Below are positions 58,545 to 64,000 of a stretch of DNA of 64,000 nt, piece after piece. The DNA lies in NCBI RefSeq assembly GCF_009914755.1, contig NC_060932.1; one strand, written 5' to 3'. Source of the stretch: the human T2T-CHM13v2.0 reference genome, Homo sapiens. Within the stretch, counting starts at the first letter, position 1, and each line of letters starts with the position of its first letter. The notes under the pieces are model-generated. The model was given only the letters and a program-made list of their open reading frames with translations, searched no databases and was not told where the DNA came from. The position numbers were made by a program, and so were the translations under genes.

Positions 58545-58720
58545 GCCTAAAGCCATGTACTAGCTCTGTTACCTTGTGCATATTTACTTAAAACTCCTCA
58601 AGCCTCAGTTTCTTCATCTGAAAAATGGGGATAATGATGCATTATTCATAGGGTTCTTGAAAGGATTAAAGCACAGGATAGAGTGCTTGACCCTTCATAA
58701 GTGTTTCATGAATGTTAACT
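58545..58720 (+). mobile_element. MIR SINE
   Basis: 'agcctcagtttcttcatctgaaaaatggggataatgatg'. Confidence 0.85.
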
Positions 58721-58824
58721 TTTATTATTAATGTTCTTACTACCTCTTTTAAGTTGTATGAATTTGGCACGTTAACTTGGCAAACCAATGCAATCCAATA
58801 CAATGTAATGAAAACACAAACCAT

Positions 58825-58952
58825 ATTTATATAATAAAGTATTTTAATCCAGTATGTATTTGACACTCACAGCAAATCTCAATTCAGTCTAACCACATTT
58901 CAAATGCATAGTATCCACATGTGGCTAGGGGCTTCCATTTTGGCAATGCAAC
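58825..58952. mobile_element. MER33-like (hAT-Charlie) fragment
   Basis: 'ccacatttcaaatgcatagtatccacatgtggctagggg...ttggcaatgca'. Confidence 0.6.
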
Positions 58953-61049
58953 TCTAAATATCATTGTCCCCATTATTGAAAGCAAAAGATATGAAAATTA
59001 ATTTCTGTTCGGGTACTTGAAATCTACATTTATTTCCTTTGAATAAGCTATTTGCTAGGCAAAGAAAGGGAAACTTGGTTTTTCCGTGTATATAATAAAA
59101 ATCCTTTAAAGACTAATATTTCAAGTTAGTCCCTGAGTATCAAAGTGGCTCATGAAGTACTTTCTATCTTAAACCACAGGTTCCATCTCCCTGACAGTCA
59201 GGCATATCATTTTCAGGCTAAAGGACCTTGAGAAGTAAAAGAGTAGCAATGAGTGTGGAGCTAAGGAAACCTTCTCTTTTTGACTCATAGACCATTTGTC
59301 CTCTTCTGCTCCTTGTCAATGAGAACTGGGGTTGTTCAAACTCCACAAATTTCCAAAGCAAGTACTTCAAACCACCAGTTGCTATAACTCTGTTACGACA
59401 GTGTAAACCCAACCAACTCATAAAACACAAATATAGATTTGTCTACATCCTATTGATAAAGTGCTTGCAACATGATCCAAAATTACGGTGCTGAGTCTAG
59501 ATTTATAGCTTGCCCTTGGCATGAGAGCAGAGGAAGAAAAAGTTTGGCCGAACTCAAAATAAATTCACATGAAACATTGACACACAAGAGTTGACATGCC
59601 ACTACTCTTGCCTTGCCCACTCATTATGAATAGGTTTCCAACACATCAGGTTCTACTCCTTTGCTTTATCTTCCCTGGGATATTACTGGGAAGCAGGGAT
59701 ATGTCTTTGCCTACTTTGAGTAAATGATGAGATCATAGAAATTCTAAGGAATTGCTCTACTCTAGAAAAGGGGGCATTTTCTCTGTCTTAAGTTTGAAAT
59801 TCTCCTACTAAGACATATTGTAATTAGACAGCTTGTGTGCTGCTTTGTAAAACATATGGGAAACCATCACTTGTTTTATTTAGGATAGGGTGCTGCTGTG
59901 GGGAGAATCTGTCAAGTCTCTGTCTAAAGCCTTAGTTATGAATAGAAATTCATGGGTAAATGTCAGGTGACAGAAGAGGTTAGTCCTAAAATCAAATGCA
60001 GTGAAAATCTGAAGACATTTAACATGGTAAATATTGTCCTCTGCGGATGAATTTCAAAGCAACAAAGAATCTCTCAGAATGGAGAAAGTGAAGTGTCCTT
60101 GTGAAATAAAGTTCTGAAAAGGTGGCAAATAATACTGTCTCCTGGCGTTGCAAATCTATGGTGAGCCTGGGAATTGAAAGATGCTTCCTTTGGTGGCTCG
60201 TCCTGGCCCCTGCTGTCACTTTAAGCAGTCTATTTGTCTTTGTCATGTCTCCATAGGTGCATGAGCATGAGCATAAATTGACGCTAATTCCAGTTGGGAG
60301 CACAACAGCAATTGAGAGCTTTAAGATGCTGCTAGAAATTAACCTTCAAACCCCCATATCTTCTAAGAATATTTTTTATTTTAGCATCTAGACTTACCAA
60401 TAAATACTGAAAATAAGTCAGAGCAGCAGTATTTTTTCATATGAAAAACAAAAGACAGTGAAACCCAGAAACCTGTTAAACTCTGAATTGTCATTATTCA
60501 TCCTATCAAAGTTCTTGCTGCAGTTGTTTTCAGTAACAATTTCAGTGAAAGCCTGATTTTTCCAAGTCAAAATGAGTAACAATTCATCCATCCTACCATC
60601 CACTAGCATTTACATGACCATACAGAAGATGATATTTCAGTAGTTCCCAATGCAAACTTATCTAAACATGTAGACAAATGTTCAATATTTAAATTAGTCT
60701 TTTCAAAACCACTTATATTCCTGAGTCTTCATTCTAGGTGAGATGCAATGATAATATAAAAACAGGAATTTAGAGTTAACAGTTTAAAAGGACCTAACTC
60801 TGTTATGTAAAGATTATTTTTCCAAGAAAAGAATAATATATTTATTTTCTTATTAATGATAGGACTTTCTGAAGATGTGAAAATAGTGCCTATCTTTCCT
60901 GGCTCATCATATTTAAATTTCAATGATGGTTTCTTACAACCTAATGAATTAATTCCTATGTGTCTCTGAGCTTTCTCTTCTCTCTTCCCAGGATAATCTT
61001 TTCTAGGATGTTTTACAGCCTCATTTCCACCATTCAAATTGATAAATGG

Positions 61050-61385
61050 ATCTCTGTTTCAAACATTACCTTCTTTGAAAAACTTGTGTGACCAGTCTCC
61101 CTTCCCACATTACTTCCTTTCCCCTTACAGCATTTTAGTTTTCTTTATAACACTTATAATACCTAAAATCATACTATATATGATAAATGATTTATCATTC
61201 TTACTATTGTATTGTTTATTTGATTTGTTACTCTCCCTATCCCGTAACCCCACCCCAAATGCAAATGCTTTGACCAGAGATTTTTGTCTTATTTGTTGCT
61301 ATAACCCTGGTGTCTAGCATACTATTGGGAACATAGTAGGTACTCAATAAATACTTTTAAAAGATGTTTTTGGAATGAATACATA
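61050..61385 (+). mobile_element. L2 3' end
   Basis: 'gtgtctagcatactattgggaacatagtaggtactcaataaatac'. Confidence 0.7.
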
Positions 61386-61599
61386 CATTATTGAACCAAC
61401 AAGACAAAGCTCAAATGTTTTGCAAGGCATATAATCTTCAACTCCCAGCTTCGCTGTAATCTCTTAGTCCTAACTCACAAAACTTCTACACACATGCCTT
61501 ACGTTTCAGTCTAATTGACTACTTCTCATTCTCTTTTGTGAAAGTATTCCCAGCTCTCCTGGACTAAAGTCTCTCCTTATGTTCTTGTAACAAGCACAT

Positions 61600-61745
61600 T
61601 ATACAAATGTATTAAAGTATTTATCAGATTCTAGTGTAATTATTTGCTATACGAATGACAGAGCTATGTTCTACGGCTTTGTATACCTAGCAACTTGCAA
61701 AGTGCCTGGTACATAGTGTGCACTTGGTATGTGTTTCCTAACTAA
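61600..61745 (+). mobile_element. L2 3' end
   Basis: 'gtatacctagca...aagtgcctggtacatagtgtgcact'. Confidence 0.6.
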
Positions 61746-63863
61746 GTAAATCCTGTAAATCCAGCAACAGTGAGATTTCTACCAACACATAATTCCATAA
61801 CGTATCTTTTCTTTTCAAATTCAGTATTCTAAGGATGTTTTAATATTTTCTGGATCGTCTAAGTAAGTGCAAAGGAGAAAGTGAGCAAAAAAGAATGTTG
61901 GAAAAGGCTGGTAGTTCAAATTTAATAGTACTCAAATACTTAAACGAAACAAGCTAAGCAATTTTATTGTTTCTACTCAAAACAGCCAAATAAGAATCGA
62001 CTGTGACTGTTTAAGTGCTTTCTCTTTAGGTAAGCCTTTTAAGAAAACTTGTGGAGTAGAGGCTTATGAATTATATTTCTAAGAAAGGGCGTGAAATCCA
62101 AACTCTGCCAATTGTTACGTATATATTAGACAGGTATCTTTTTAAGAAATACACATGAACTAAAAGATAATGTGCCAGCATATGATTCTATGAAATTGAT
62201 TTTCCTAAAACCAACAAACAAGCTCCACAGGAGTAATTACTACAGTTAAGAACATACACACCTGTTTAAGTCAGAAAAGCCTCACTATCATTTTTTGATA
62301 AATGTACCATTTTATAATAGGTAAAATTTTGTATTTTAATAAGTGTGGTTTATATTTGTGAATCTTTGAGAAAAAAAAACTGTGTTAAAGTTAGTTTCTT
62401 TTTAAGGAGGAAAACCAAATGAAAGCAACATTTTCATTATGGATTTACAGGTCAGATACTGCATGGAGAATTAAGATGAGAAGAGCCTTCAAATATTTTC
62501 AACCAATAACCTTTTAAAAACCATTTAACATATATTATCAGGCAGCAGCAGAATTATAATCAATGTTAATATGACACAAGTCCTTAGGCAGTAGGGAAAT
62601 TGTTCTCTCAAAATTGACCTACATACTCTAGTTTCTTACAAACCTGAGTAAAGAGGATGTCTTAAAAATAGTTGACGCTTGCTCTATTTGACAGAGTTAA
62701 TATACTGCTATCTAATATTTTTATAAATTAAAGATTATTGATTTTAATTTGCTCCTGTGAGTGTGAGAGTGCAAACAGAAATTCTGCAGATGGAAAGTTT
62801 AAGGAAAAAATTTCTCCCAAATCTCCCCTTCTGCTAATACACTAGGTAAAACCTGTGTGAGGCCAAGTGCTGAGCCCCTCTACATGCTCAAAGAATGTTT
62901 CTCACTCTTATTATTGGTGACTATCAGAGAGAGAGGCTGATAAGGAAAACTGACAATGTGCGTCTTTGATAGTACTTTTTCTCAGCTGCCCACCTTCCCT
63001 GAAATATTGCTGAAATTCTTTCCCATTCCTCATCTCCAGTGCATAGAAGAGTTCTCTCAACCTCAGGGGAAATAGCAAGAGAGTTCTCAGGGGCATTGCC
63101 TGCGGAACTTCAGAGAACTTAAGAGCAGGTAGAGGGTAACACTTCTCTGTTCGGTGGCTCAGAAGGACATCTACTTACCTTCAGTCAGGGCTAGGGGTGA
63201 AGAAGAAAAGACTTGGATAGACAAGTTCACTCTGAAATAGGCAAGCAGGAAATCAAAGCTACTAAAGATTTTCTCATTACAAAGTATAAATGTCATCCCA
63301 ATTCACAAACAAGATTGAAGTTTATTTCCATTTCAATAACAATGCTTTTGCTTTTGGATACAAATGACACCAATAAGTCTATTTTCAGAAAAACATGAAC
63401 CCATATTAAGGAAAAGGCATGATTGTTAGATCCTTGATTACTTTTGAGAGTAATCTTTTCCACTCTTGTCAAAGTCAGAGATTACGATTTAGTTTATGTA
63501 GGTTTAAAAAGTTACACTCTGCTACCTGAATATTCACATTTCCTTATATTTATTTCTTTTGTTTGAAAACTAACTACCCTTCATACCTGTACTCGATTTA
63601 CTTTTTAACATGCAGTTACAGTTGCAAATTGGATTGTAATTGGCCATGAACAGTGCTCTGATATTTTTTTTATGGAAATGCAGTCCATCAAAAGCCAACA
63701 GCAGGATAGAGACAATCTTATCAGGACTTCCTTCCCCAGCTTTTAACCCACACTTGGAACTTTTATATGCTCTCATTTCATGTTTTGGTACACCATGCAT
63801 CAAATATCTTGAAAAGTTGGTTAATGGTTTAGAAAATTAGGCTGTTCTACCTTAAATACAGAA

Positions 63864-64000
63864 AGAGGGGAAAGAAAGAAAAAGAAAGACAGACAGACAG
63901 AAAGAAAGAAAGAAGAAGAAAAGAAGGAAGAAAGAAAAAGAAAGGGAGGAAGGAAGGAAGGAAAGAAAGGAAGGAAAGAAAGAAAAAGAAGAAGAAAGAG
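63864..64000. repeat. GA-rich (GAAA/GGAA)n tract, runs off the window
   Basis: Direct reading. Confidence 0.92.

Overview
AT-rich primate, very probably human, intergenic or deep-intronic DNA. It contains no recognisable host protein-coding exon, RNA gene or CRISPR array. All long ORFs are LINE-1 remnants or low-complexity/Alu artefacts. Main elements: a full-length but inactivated L1PA2/3 (10304-16330; 14-bp TSD, ZNF93-site-deleted 5'UTR, open antisense ORF0); an internally deleted L1MA3-like element retaining both ends; two twin-primed (5'-inverted) L1 insertions of very different ages; nested old L1s; three Alus; MIR, L2, CR1, MaLR/ERVL LTR and DNA-transposon fossils; and several purine/pyrimidine satellites. 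The most unusual object is a ~340-bp polyadenylated insertion of non-repeat sequence fused to an inverted L1 fragment at 39.9-40.25 kb, a probable 3' transduction or chimeric retrocopy. The repeat-poor 26-38 kb stretch holds candidate regulatory and lncRNA signals. Subfamily names come from recalled consensus sequences, not a database search, and boundaries of old elements are approximate. I found no evidence of a new multi-gene system.
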